Of a DNA stretch of 64,000 nucleotides, positions 56,272-64,000 are shown in pieces. The first letter of the stretch is position 1, and each line of letters opens with the position of its first letter. The notes beneath the pieces are model-generated. The model had not been told where the DNA came from, made no database searches, and saw nothing but the letters and a program-made list of their open reading frames with translations. The position numbers and the translations under genes were made by a program. Source of the stretch: Candidatus Eiseniibacteriota bacterium (GTDB lineage Bacteria > Eisenbacteria > RBG-16-71-46 > DASYSL01); contig JANPEF010000026.1 in NCBI GenBank assembly GCA_031431875.1, forward strand, positions 1 through 64,000, read 5' to 3'.

Positions 56272-56937
56272 TTATTTCTTGTCTCCGGACGGCGCCGCCG
56301 GCGTGGCCGCAGCCGGGGCTGCGGGCGGCGGACCCGGCTGCCGCGGCGTCTTCGCCTCGACATCGATGGCGAGCTCCACGTCTTCAGCCAGCATGACCGA
56401 GCCGTTGTCGAGCGTCTTGTTCCAGATGATGCCGTAGTCCTTGCGGTTCACCTTGCCGCGGGCGCTGAATCCAGCCACGGATCCCGACTTGCCGGCCATG
56501 ATCCCGAGGATCTCGACGTCGAGCGTGATCGGCTTGGTCACGCCACGCATCGTCAGGTCGCCTGTCATCGTGCCCTTGTTGTCCTTGCCGACGGTGATCG
56601 ACTTCGAGACGAACTTCACCTCCGGAAACTTCTCCGCCCAGAAGAAGTCCTCGGCTTTGAGATGGCCGTCGCGCTGCTCGTGATTCGTGTTGATGCTGGC
56701 CGCCTGGATGGTCACGTCGACCTTCGAGGCGCTCGGGTTTTCCTTGTCGAACGCAATCGATCCCTGCACGTCCTTGAATTCTCCCTTCACCGGCGTGAAG
56801 AAGTGGCGGACGCTGAACCCGACGTTGGTGTGTCCACGATCGATGTCCAGCATTTCGACGGCCGCGAAGGCCGGCGTCGAGACCACGAACAACGAGAGGG
56901 CGGTGACGGCGAAGTACGACGAGAGGGACGACTTCAC
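56272..56937 (-). CDS. yceI: YceI family lipid/polyisoprenoid-binding protein
   Basis: HTNVGFSVRH, RDGHLK, GDLTMRGVTK, NRKDYGI. Confidence 0.93.
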   Translation of the reverse strand: MKSSLSSYFAVTALSLFVVSTPAFAAVEMLDIDRGHTNVGFSVRHFFTPVKGEFKDVQGSIAFDKENPSASKVDVTIQAASINTNHEQRDGHLKAEDFFWAEKFPEVKFVSKSITVGKDNKGTMTGDLTMRGVTKPITLDVEILGIMAGKSGSVAGFSARGKVNRKDYGIIWNKTLDNGSVMLAEDVELAIDVEAKTPRQPGPPPAAPAAATPAAPSGDKK

Positions 56938-57092
56938 GGGTGCTTCCTCCACGGGCTGGGGGATCGGAGTCTCGAACGTCCGGCGGGTGTCGAACACCAG
57001 CGTACTGCGAAACGGACCCCTCTTGGGATGCAGACCCCGCCGCCCGACGTGCGGACGGCGGGACTCTTGACACGGACTTGAAATCGGGGGGA

Positions 57093-57302
57093 TCAGCGCG
57101 CCGGGGCCTGCTCCTCGATGCACAGCGGGTTCTTGTGGTTCGCATCGGGAACGTGCGCGTCCCAGCAGTCCGGGGAACAGAAATGCAGGGCCAGCCGCTT
57201 CTTGTTGCAGGTCGACACGGAACAGCGGTACCACAGCGCACCGAAGGCGATCGGCTTCTTGCAGATGTTGCAGCGGGTCCAGATGTCGGCACCTCCGTTC
57301 AT
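57093..57302 (-). CDS. Small Cys/His zinc-finger protein (69 aa)
   Basis: CNICKKPI...YRCSVSTCN...FCSPDCWDAH...H. Confidence 0.75.
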   Translation of the reverse strand: MNGGADIWTRCNICKKPIAFGALWYRCSVSTCNKKRLALHFCSPDCWDAHVPDANHKNPLCIEEQAPAR

Positions 57303-57487
57303 GAACCGGCAGCCTACGTCCGCCGGGGGTCCCGGTGCAAGTCGACCGCCGGGCTGACGCCGGCGCATTGCCAGGTGGAACTTTGTAGAATGCGACCCTT
57401 GCTTCTCCCCTCCTGGCCTGCCCCGCGGCTTCCGTAAGACATCTATAACCACTTGGCATCATGTGTTTTACACGATACTTCGGCGCA

Positions 57488-57503
57488 TGGCACAACCCCT
57501 GCT
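57488..57503 (+). promoter_or_regulatory. sigma54 (-24/-12) promoter
   Basis: TGGCAC-AACCC-CTGCT (GG-N10-GC) downstream of an AT-rich tract. Confidence 0.65.
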
Positions 57504-57575
57504 CTACTCAGCGGTGTCCGGTCGAAAGCAATCACTCCGTCCGGCCATCGGCTCTCTTCAACCAGGAGGCACCCC

Positions 57576-57725
57576 ATGTTGTGGACCATCGCCGTCGTTC
57601 TCGTCGTCCTCTGGGCACTTGGAATGGCCTCCAGCGTCACGCTCGGCGGCTTCGTCCACCTGCTGCTCGTCCTGGCCGTCGCCAGCGTCCTCATCCGGAT
57701 CATCCAGGGCCGCAAGCCCATCTAG
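57576..57725 (+). CDS. lmo0937 family small membrane protein
   Basis: MLWTIAVVLVVLWALG...GGFVHLLLVLA...IQGRK; AGGAGG RBS. Confidence 0.85.
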   Translation: MLWTIAVVLVVLWALGMASSVTLGGFVHLLLVLAVASVLIRIIQGRKPI

Positions 57726-57738
57726 CGAGGGGGACGCC

Positions 57739-57960
57739 ATGACCCGCAGCCTCGGAATCGTCCTCATCCTGCTCGGCCTCGCCGGGTTGGCCTGGGGCGG
57801 AATCGGCTGGAACAAGAAGAGCAACGTCGAACTCGGTCCGATCGACTTGCAGGTCACCGAGAAGAAGTCGCTGCCGATCCCGCCGATCGCGGGCGCGGTG
57901 GCCGTCGTCTCGGGACTCGCCCTGATCTTCGCGGGCGGAGTCCGCCGCAACGCAACCTGA
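57739..57960 (+). CDS. Small two-TM membrane protein (DUF3185-like)
   Basis: GIVLILLGLAGLAWGG...LGPIDL...IPPIAG. Confidence 0.75.
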   Translation: MTRSLGIVLILLGLAGLAWGGIGWNKKSNVELGPIDLQVTEKKSLPIPPIAGAVAVVSGLALIFAGGVRRNAT

Positions 57961-57974
57961 CACCCGGAGGATCC

Positions 57975-58469
57975 ATGAAGCTCTCCTCAATCGCAGCCGT
58001 CACCGGCACCATCGCGCTCGGCCTCGTCCTCGCCGCCCCCCAGGCCTCGGCATTCGGCTTCAGCGGCGGTGGTGGTCGCATCGGCTACCTCGACCCGGAA
58101 GGTGACGGCGGCGGAATCGCCGTCGGCGCGCACGTCGAGCTGGAGAGCCCCGGTTCCCGCTGGCACCTGCAGCCGAACATCCTGTACTGGAACGCCGACC
58201 AGTTGACCGGCTTCAACGGCAACCTGGACGCGCTCTACCACTTCGGCCCGCAGTCGAAGACGTCGCCGTATCTCGGAGGCGGCCTCGGCTTCAGCATGGT
58301 CGACTACTCCGACAGCAACGGGAACGACAGCAGCCAGACCGACCCGGCGGCGAACATGTTCGGCGGCGTCCTCTTCCCGGCCGGCAGGAACAACCTGTTC
58401 CTCGAGGGCCGCTACACGTTCAGCGAGGTCAACCAGGCCTCGATCCTGTTCGGCATCACCGTTCGGTAG
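57975..58469 (+). CDS. Small (about 8-stranded) outer-membrane beta-barrel protein
   Basis: Signal peptide, LDALYHF, SPYLGGGLG, FLEGRY. Confidence 0.8.
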   Translation: MKLSSIAAVTGTIALGLVLAAPQASAFGFSGGGGRIGYLDPEGDGGGIAVGAHVELESPGSRWHLQPNILYWNADQLTGFNGNLDALYHFGPQSKTSPYLGGGLGFSMVDYSDSNGNDSSQTDPAANMFGGVLFPAGRNNLFLEGRYTFSEVNQASILFGITVR

Positions 58470-58516
58470 TCGACGCACCACCCGTCGATCGTCCGTTCGC
58501 AACAAGGAGGAACATC

Positions 58517-59212
58517 ATGGAAACCAACACCAGCACGCACAACAACAACAGGAAGCTCCTGTGGATGTCTCTCGTCGGCCTGGGGCTGCTCGGCGCCGTC
58601 GCGGTCTACGCCCTGAACAACTCGGCGACGCCGGGCGTGGTCAGTGAGGTCGCTTCCAAAGTCGGTAGCGCGGCCACCCAGCCGCGGACGGTCACGCTGC
58701 CCGCCGGCACGGCGGTGGCGATGACGCTCGAGACGTCCCTCAGCACCAAGACCGCGTCAGTGGGCGATCGCTTCACCGCGCGCATCTCATCGCCGGTGAC
58801 CGTCGCGGGTTCGACGATCATTCCGGCCGGCGCCATCGTCAGCGGGCACGTCTCGCTCACCGAGCAGCCGGGCAAGGCCAGCGGCCGTGGCCGGATGCAG
58901 CTGACCTACGACACGGTGCGTTTCAACGGGAGGACGTATGACCTCTCCTCGACGAGCCGGATCTACGAGAGCGAGTCGGGCCGCGGCAAGGATGCGGCGC
59001 TCGTCGGCGGCGGCGCGGTCGCTGGCGGCGTGGTCGGTGCGATCATCGGCGGCTCGGCGGGCGATGCCGGGAAGGGCGCAGCGGCAGGCGCCGTGGCCGG
59101 CACCGCGGCTTCGTTGCTGACGCGCGGACCGCAGCTGCAGCTCCCGGCCGGAACGGCGCTCTCGGTCTCGCTCGACCGCGCGGTCACCGTCCGTCCGTCG
59201 ACCTCTGCGTAG
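58517..59212 (+). CDS. Membrane-anchored glycine-zipper protein
   Basis: TM anchor, TLPAGT...LSTKTASVGDRF, GGGAVAGGVVGAIIGG...KGAAAGAVAG. Confidence 0.75.
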   Translation: METNTSTHNNNRKLLWMSLVGLGLLGAVAVYALNNSATPGVVSEVASKVGSAATQPRTVTLPAGTAVAMTLETSLSTKTASVGDRFTARISSPVTVAGSTIIPAGAIVSGHVSLTEQPGKASGRGRMQLTYDTVRFNGRTYDLSSTSRIYESESGRGKDAALVGGGAVAGGVVGAIIGGSAGDAGKGAAAGAVAGTAASLLTRGPQLQLPAGTALSVSLDRAVTVRPSTSA

Positions 59213-59242
59213 TCTCCCACGAACACCCAGCGGGAAAACACG

Positions 59243-59279
59243 GTCGCCCCGGTCCGCACTCTGGACCGGGGCGACTTTT
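59243..59279. terminator. Intrinsic terminator between convergent genes, probably bidirectional
   Basis: GTCGCCCCGGTCC-7 nt-GGACCGGGGCGAC-TTTT; A tract on the 5' side. Confidence 0.78.
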
Positions 59280-59304
59280 CCTGCCTTCGTCACGTCAGGA
59301 GGGA

Positions 59305-59865
59305 TCAGACGCGCTCGACGTACTTCCCCGTCGTGGTGTCGACCTTGACGCGATCGCCCTGCTTGATGAAGCCGGGCACCATGACCTCGGCGCCGGTCAC
59401 CAGCGTGGCGCGCTTCTGGAACGCGCGCGCCGTATCGCCGCGCGCCGCTCCGTCCTCGGTGTCGGCGATCTCGAGTTCGACCATCTGCGGGAACTCGATG
59501 GTGACGATCTCGCTCTCGCGCATCAACACGGGCAGGATCATGCCATCGGTCATGAAGCCGACGTAATCGGCGAGCATGGCCTTGGGGAGCTGGATCTGGT
59601 CGTACGACTCGGTGTTCATGAAGTGATAGTCATCACCCGAGGCATAGAGGAACTGCATCGAATGCGGCTCGAGGCGGACGTCCTGGATCTTCTCACCCGA
59701 GTTCCACGTCTCGTCGATGACGCGTCCGGTGCGCAAGTTCTTGAGCTTGGTGCGGACGAAGGCCCCACCCTTGCCGGGCTTGACGTGCTGGAACTCGACG
59801 ACCCGATAGAGGTCGTTCTTGTGCTCGATGACGAGCCCGTTCTTGATGTCGGCGGTATTGGCCAC
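59305..59865 (-). CDS. efp: Elongation factor P
   Basis: HVKPGKGGAFVR, RGDTA, VPGFI, YVERV. Confidence 0.95.
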   Translation of the reverse strand: MANTADIKNGLVIEHKNDLYRVVEFQHVKPGKGGAFVRTKLKNLRTGRVIDETWNSGEKIQDVRLEPHSMQFLYASGDDYHFMNTESYDQIQLPKAMLADYVGFMTDGMILPVLMRESEIVTIEFPQMVELEIADTEDGAARGDTARAFQKRATLVTGAEVMVPGFIKQGDRVKVDTTTGKYVERV

Positions 59866-60033
59866 GAAGATCCTCGGGATCGGGGTTTCGGCGGTCGAAG
59901 GGACCGGCGGCGCCGAGGGGCTCGGCGGACGCCGCAGTCTACGCTGCGACGCGAAGCCGGGGCAACCTCAGGCCGGCTTTTGATTCCACAACCGCTTGTC
60001 CCACATGATGATGCAACGCAGCACCGACCGCAA

Positions 60034-60501
60034 TCAGGGCAGCTCGAACTCGTAGGAGAAGTTCTCGTCATCGCGCTTCCAGCCGGTTGATTCGTAGAGC
60101 GCCTGGGCCGCATGGTTCGTTCGCGCCGTGGATAGCGCCAACCGCACGGCGCCGTCGTCGCGCGCGAACTCGATCGCGGCCGCCAGCAAAGCTGCGCCCG
60201 CCCCCCGCCGCCGCCCGGCTTCTCCCACGAACAGGTCGTTGAGCACGTGGATCCGTTCCGCCGACACGGACGAGAAGCTCGGATAGAGCTGCGTGAACCC
60301 GATCGCGACTCCATCGGCAAAAGCCAGGAACACGACCGACTCCGCGCGGTCGAAGCGCGTCGTGAGAAAGTTCCGTGCCCGCTCGAGGTCCGCCGGTTGC
60401 TCGTAGAAGCGACGGTAGGCGTCGAACAGCGGAACGAGCGCGTCCAGGTCGGCGTGCCCCGCACGACGGACGATGATCGGCGAGTTCGGCTGCGGCGTCA
60501 T
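60034..60501 (-). CDS. GNAT acetyltransferase
   Basis: LFDAYRRFY, GFTQLYPSFSS, LNDLFV, AQALYESTGW. Confidence 0.9.
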   Translation of the reverse strand: MTPQPNSPIIVRRAGHADLDALVPLFDAYRRFYEQPADLERARNFLTTRFDRAESVVFLAFADGVAIGFTQLYPSFSSVSAERIHVLNDLFVGEAGRRRGAGAALLAAAIEFARDDGAVRLALSTARTNHAAQALYESTGWKRDDENFSYEFELP

Positions 60502-60517
60502 GCGTGTCCCCACGGCC

Positions 60518-60919
60518 TCAAAGCAGGCGCAGGATGATGCTGAAGAACAGGAGCATGCCCGTGACGGACATGACGAGCGCGATGACGAATGCGGGGCGCC
60601 ACAGGCGCACGACCATGGTGTGGGCCAGGTCGCGCAGGGTCAGCCAGTACTCGATCGAACCGAGGAGCATCGAGATCGTTCCCAGGCCGACCAGGACGAG
60701 TCCCGCGTTGCGCGGCGTCTCCGTGTGCGGCAGCGCGCCACCACCATGCTGGAAACCCTCGAGCAGCTTGTAGATGGTGAAGCCGAAACTGATCATCGAT
60801 AGCGCCGTCCGGATCCACGCCATCAGGCTGCGGTCTGCGGCCATCACCGTGCGGTGTACGGCGAGGTCGGTGCGCTCCTGCGCCAGGTCGTTCGCCGACT
60901 TCGCTTCGGGGTCGGTCAC
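60518..60919 (-). CDS. DUF202/YidH membrane protein
   Basis: ADRSLMAWIRTALSMISFGF. Confidence 0.87.
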   Translation of the reverse strand: MTDPEAKSANDLAQERTDLAVHRTVMAADRSLMAWIRTALSMISFGFTIYKLLEGFQHGGGALPHTETPRNAGLVLVGLGTISMLLGSIEYWLTLRDLAHTMVVRLWRPAFVIALVMSVTGMLLFFSIILRLL

Positions 60920-60947
60920 GTTCGCCTCCTTCAGTCCCGCACGACGG

Positions 60948-62123
60948 TCACAACCCGGACAGGCGGGAAATAAATTTCTGCGTCAGTTCGGCCAGCGGAT
61001 ACTTGAGCAGGAGCAAGGGTGCGAAGGGCAGGAGTGCGACAATGGCAAAGTCCCGCAGCATGCCGATGCTCATCGGGACCACACGCATGTCACGCACGAC
61101 GTTGGCGCTGTTGCCCAGGTCGGCTAGCGACTGCATGTCCGCCGTGCCCAGCAACGGCTCCCCCGGTGGCTGCTCCCGCTGCACCCACTTGCGATCGAAC
61201 CCGAAGACGTACTCCGCGCCCAGCACCGAGAAGTCGCTGAGGCCGCGTACCCGGCACGCCCACAGTAGCGGAGCGACAATGAACAGCGGGCCGAGGAACA
61301 GGAGTGCGTCGAGGGCCAGCCCGATGAGAAAGATCGGGTAGGTCGCCTCGAACGCCATGGTCCCGCCGGCGATCCCCTCGGCGAACGAAGCCGCCTCGAC
61401 CGCCGACATCGCGAAGATCAGCGGCAGGAAGTGCATGTGCACCACCTCGAGAAAGCCGAGTCCCCCGGCGCGATCCGGGTGGCTCGGCGACAACTTCAAG
61501 TTCATGCCCGCGACCCGCGCGAGGAAGTACGCCCACAGAAGGACGCGGGCGAGCCAGCGCAACAGCCCGAAGCGGAAGAGCGTCATGCAGGCGCCCCAGT
61601 ACCACAGGCCGGCCAGCGGCATGCCCGTGCCGGCACGGCTCGGGTCGATCGCGGCGGACGCGCCCGGCAACGCAAGGTAGGACCCGAGGAACAGTCCTCC
61701 CGCGGCAAGGAGAAGGCAGACGACGTCGACCGTCCACGAATCGATCCACCGCCGCACGCGGGTGATCTCCGCGTCGAGGCGGGGCAGCGATGCGGGCGGC
61801 ACGATGCCCGAGCGCACGATCGTGTCGACGAACACCGCGAGGCGCGGGTCGAGGATGCTCTCGCAGACGAAGAACAATGGGAGGGCGAGGAGCAGCCGCA
61901 CGTGGACGCCGACGAGGGGGAGGCTGAAGAACTCGCGCCCCAGCCCCTCGGCAAGGGAGAGGCCGAGCAGGACGAGCCACAGGAACGCGCCGAGCGCCAG
62001 CCCCAGGCGCACCGTGTTCGTGCCTCCCCGGACGAGGCCCAGGCGCCGGCCCAGCGCATGGAGGGGCCCGCCGATCAGGGACAGTCGCGGCAGTCCGGCC
62101 GGCGCGTCGGCGGTCGATGTCAC
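60948..62123 (-). CDS. Hypothetical multi-pass membrane protein
   Basis: HVRLLLALPL, HPDRAGGLGFL, DMQSLADLGNS; several TM segments. Confidence 0.75.
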   Translation of the reverse strand: MTSTADAPAGLPRLSLIGGPLHALGRRLGLVRGGTNTVRLGLALGAFLWLVLLGLSLAEGLGREFFSLPLVGVHVRLLLALPLFFVCESILDPRLAVFVDTIVRSGIVPPASLPRLDAEITRVRRWIDSWTVDVVCLLLAAGGLFLGSYLALPGASAAIDPSRAGTGMPLAGLWYWGACMTLFRFGLLRWLARVLLWAYFLARVAGMNLKLSPSHPDRAGGLGFLEVVHMHFLPLIFAMSAVEAASFAEGIAGGTMAFEATYPIFLIGLALDALLFLGPLFIVAPLLWACRVRGLSDFSVLGAEYVFGFDRKWVQREQPPGEPLLGTADMQSLADLGNSANVVRDMRVVPMSIGMLRDFAIVALLPFAPLLLLKYPLAELTQKFISRLSGL

Positions 62124-62145
62124 GGGGTCCTCGAAGGGTCGGGAT

Positions 62146-62187
62146 GAAAACGAAGGGGCCGGCGCCCGAACGCGGTCGCCGGCCCCC
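62146..62187 (-). terminator. Intrinsic terminator after the arylsulfatase
   Basis: Minus strand GGGGCCGGCG...CGCCGGCCCC followed by TTCGTTTTC. Confidence 0.6.
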
Positions 62188-62196
62188 CACTCATGA

Positions 62197-64000
62197 TTAC
62201 TGCCGCGCCATGGCCATGCGGATCTGCGCCTCGGTATCGACGATCAACTCGCCGCTGACGTCCACCACGGCGCTGTGCAGCGTGCCGGTGAACCGGAACG
62301 GCGGCGCATACTTGTCCCACACCGGCGAACCGGAGTCGGCCCCGCACACGATCCCGCCGGCCAGTCCGATACAGAGGGGCATGGTCAGCGGCACGTCGGC
62401 ATCCCCGACCAGCTTCTCGTCGAGGTAGAGCTGCGCGCGACCGGGAGCACCCTTGCCCGTCTTCACGTCCGGCTTGCCCGTCAGCTCGAACTCGACACGC
62501 AGCTTGTGCCGACCCTCCGGCACCGCGACGTTCGATTCGACGTGATAGAAGTTCGCTCCCACGTAGTTGTAGACGTAGTGGAGCTTGCCGCCCTGCACGT
62601 AGAACGAGAAGCCGCCTTGCACGTCTCCGGCGGACAGCAGCGCCCCCTCGGCACCGCCCTTCGGGATCTCGACGTCGGCCGTGATGCTGTGCGCCCGGTT
62701 GAGGAGATTGGGACCGGCGTTGACCGGCACCATTTGCGTGCCCGGGTAGAACGTGTAGCTGGTCCGTTCGAGGGCGATCTGGGGTCGCGGATCCGCGAGG
62801 CGAAGCGTCCCGCGCGAGTCGACCGGCAGGACGTTGTACTTGCCCGCCTCGACATACCAGGTGGCGATCATCTCGATCAGCTTGGGCTTGTTCTCGGCTG
62901 CGACGTTGTGGTTCTCGGCGACGTCGACGGCCACGTGGTACAGCTCCCAACCCGTGGCATCGAGCTCGGTCAGCTTGTCCTTGTCGATCGGGGCGCCGAA
63001 GAACAGGCCCGCTTCCGTGAACGACGTCCCTGGCCACGGGCAGACCGCTCGCCATCCGTCGTGGTAGATCGAGCGGTGCCCCATCATCTCGAAGTACTGG
63101 GTGATGTGCTTCGAGGGCACCTTCACGTCGTCGAACGTATGGGCGAAACTGTGTCCCTCGATCGGCGACTGGGTCACGCCCTTGACCGAGGTCGGCGCCT
63201 CGAGGCCCAGCGCCTCGAGCACGGTCGGAACCATGTCGATCGCATGCGCAAACTGCTCGCGCACCTGGCCCTTTGCCCTGATGCCCTTCGGCCAGTGGAC
63301 GAGGAACGGGTCGCTGACGCCACCGCGGTAGGTCTCGCGCTTCCAGCGGCGGAACGGAGTGTTCCCGGCGAACGTCCAGCCCCACGCGTAATGGTTGAAG
63401 GTCGTCGGCCCGCCCAACTCGTCGATCATCGCCAGGTTCTGCTCGAGCGAATCCGGCACGTTGTTGAAGAACTTGTTCTCGTTCACCGATCCCGTCGGGC
63501 CGCCCTCGGAGCTGGCGCCGTTGTCGGAGATGAACATGATCAACGTGTTGTCGAACTCACCGATCGACTTGAGGAACTCGAACAGGCGTCCGTAGTGGTG
63601 ATCGGTATGCGTGAGGAAGCCGGCGAAGACCTCCATCATGCGGGCGTAGAGCTTGCGTTCGTCGGCCGGCAGCTTGTCCCACTCCTGGACGTCGGGATCG
63701 TGGCGCGACAACTCCGCGTCCTTGGGCAGGATCCCGAGCGCCTTCTGCTTCTCGAAGACCTGCTTGCGATAGGCGCTCCAGCCCCCGTCGAACTTGCCCT
63801 TGTACTTGTCCGCCCACTCCTTGGGAACGTGATGCGGCGCATGAGCGGCGCCGGGGCAGAAGTACATGAAGAACGGCTTGTCCGGTGCGACCTGCTTGGC
63901 GTCGGCGATGAAGCTGATCGCCCGGTCCGTGAGGTCCTCGGTCAGGTGGTAGCCCTCGGCCGGCGTCTTCTCCGGCTCGACCCCGTGATTGTCGTACACC
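62197..64000 (-). CDS. Arylsulfatase; N-terminus including the CxPxR motif lies outside the window
   Basis: PGAAHAPHH, ISDNGAS, NTPFRRWK, WELYH; LamG-like C-terminal domain. Confidence 0.9.
   Translation of the reverse strand, partial: VYDNHGVEPEKTPAEGYHLTEDLTDRAISFIADAKQVAPDKPFFMYFCPGAAHAPHHVPKEWADKYKGKFDGGWSAYRKQVFEKQKALGILPKDAELSRHDPDVQEWDKLPADERKLYARMMEVFAGFLTHTDHHYGRLFEFLKSIGEFDNTLIMFISDNGASSEGGPTGSVNENKFFNNVPDSLEQNLAMIDELGGPTTFNHYAWGWTFAGNTPFRRWKRETYRGGVSDPFLVHWPKGIRAKGQVREQFAHAIDMVPTVLEALGLEAPTSVKGVTQSPIEGHSFAHTFDDVKVPSKHITQYFEMMGHRSIYHDGWRAVCPWPGTSFTEAGLFFGAPIDKDKLTELDATGWELYHVAVDVAENHNVAAENKPKLIEMIATWYVEAGKYNVLPVDSRGTLRLADPRPQIALERTSYTFYPGTQMVPVNAGPNLLNRAHSITADVEIPKGGAEGALLSAGDVQGGFSFYVQGGKLHYVYNYVGANFYHVESNVAVPEGRHKLRVEFELTGKPDVKTGKGAPGRAQLYLDEKLVGDADVPLTMPLCIGLAGGIVCGADSGSPVWDKYAPPFRFTGTLHSAVVDVSGELIVDTEAQIRMAMARQ

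Noticed and set aside
59305..59865. Divergent EF-P domain III loop (DGAARGDTARAFQK)
   Set aside because: PGKG loop is canonical, so probably lineage variation

Overview
High-GC bacterial chromosomal window with about 56 credible protein-coding genes. I recognised no rRNA, tRNA or CRISPR array. FlgD-Ig and 'WGRLKxxYR' C-termini, an SprA-like domain and a DUF222-like HNH gene suggest an FCB-related lineage such as Ca. Eisenbacteria (inference only). From left to right: a clade II N2O-reductase cluster (hemerythrin-like, cytochrome c, nosZ, a nosB-nosD fusion, nosF truncated by the window edge) divergent from a Crp/Fnr regulator; a YVTN propeller/di-haem c protein; a DUF222-like HNH nuclease with an in-frame perfect 26-bp palindrome; a lysine/saccharopine dehydrogenase, msrB, sodC, glgB and sdhCAB; an accessory block (VWA, VIT, DUF1622, SprA-domain lipoprotein, Ivy-domain protein, GNAT-Gmad2 fusion, DinB, deleted fpg remnant); an MFP plus two RND genes; HU, EamA, glycosyltransferase, dsbD and a metalloprotease; an atypical Rho; tandem DUF6982-like genes; an ATP-grasp/zincin pair; a putative sigma54-driven small-protein operon; efp; and a truncated arylsulfatase. 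The most striking feature is the Rho: its ATPase motor is intact, but the canonical RNA-binding domain is absent and replaced by a ~238-aa Arg/Gly/Pro-rich low-complexity region, behind a multi-hairpin leader. Family names come from my recognition of motifs, not from database searches.
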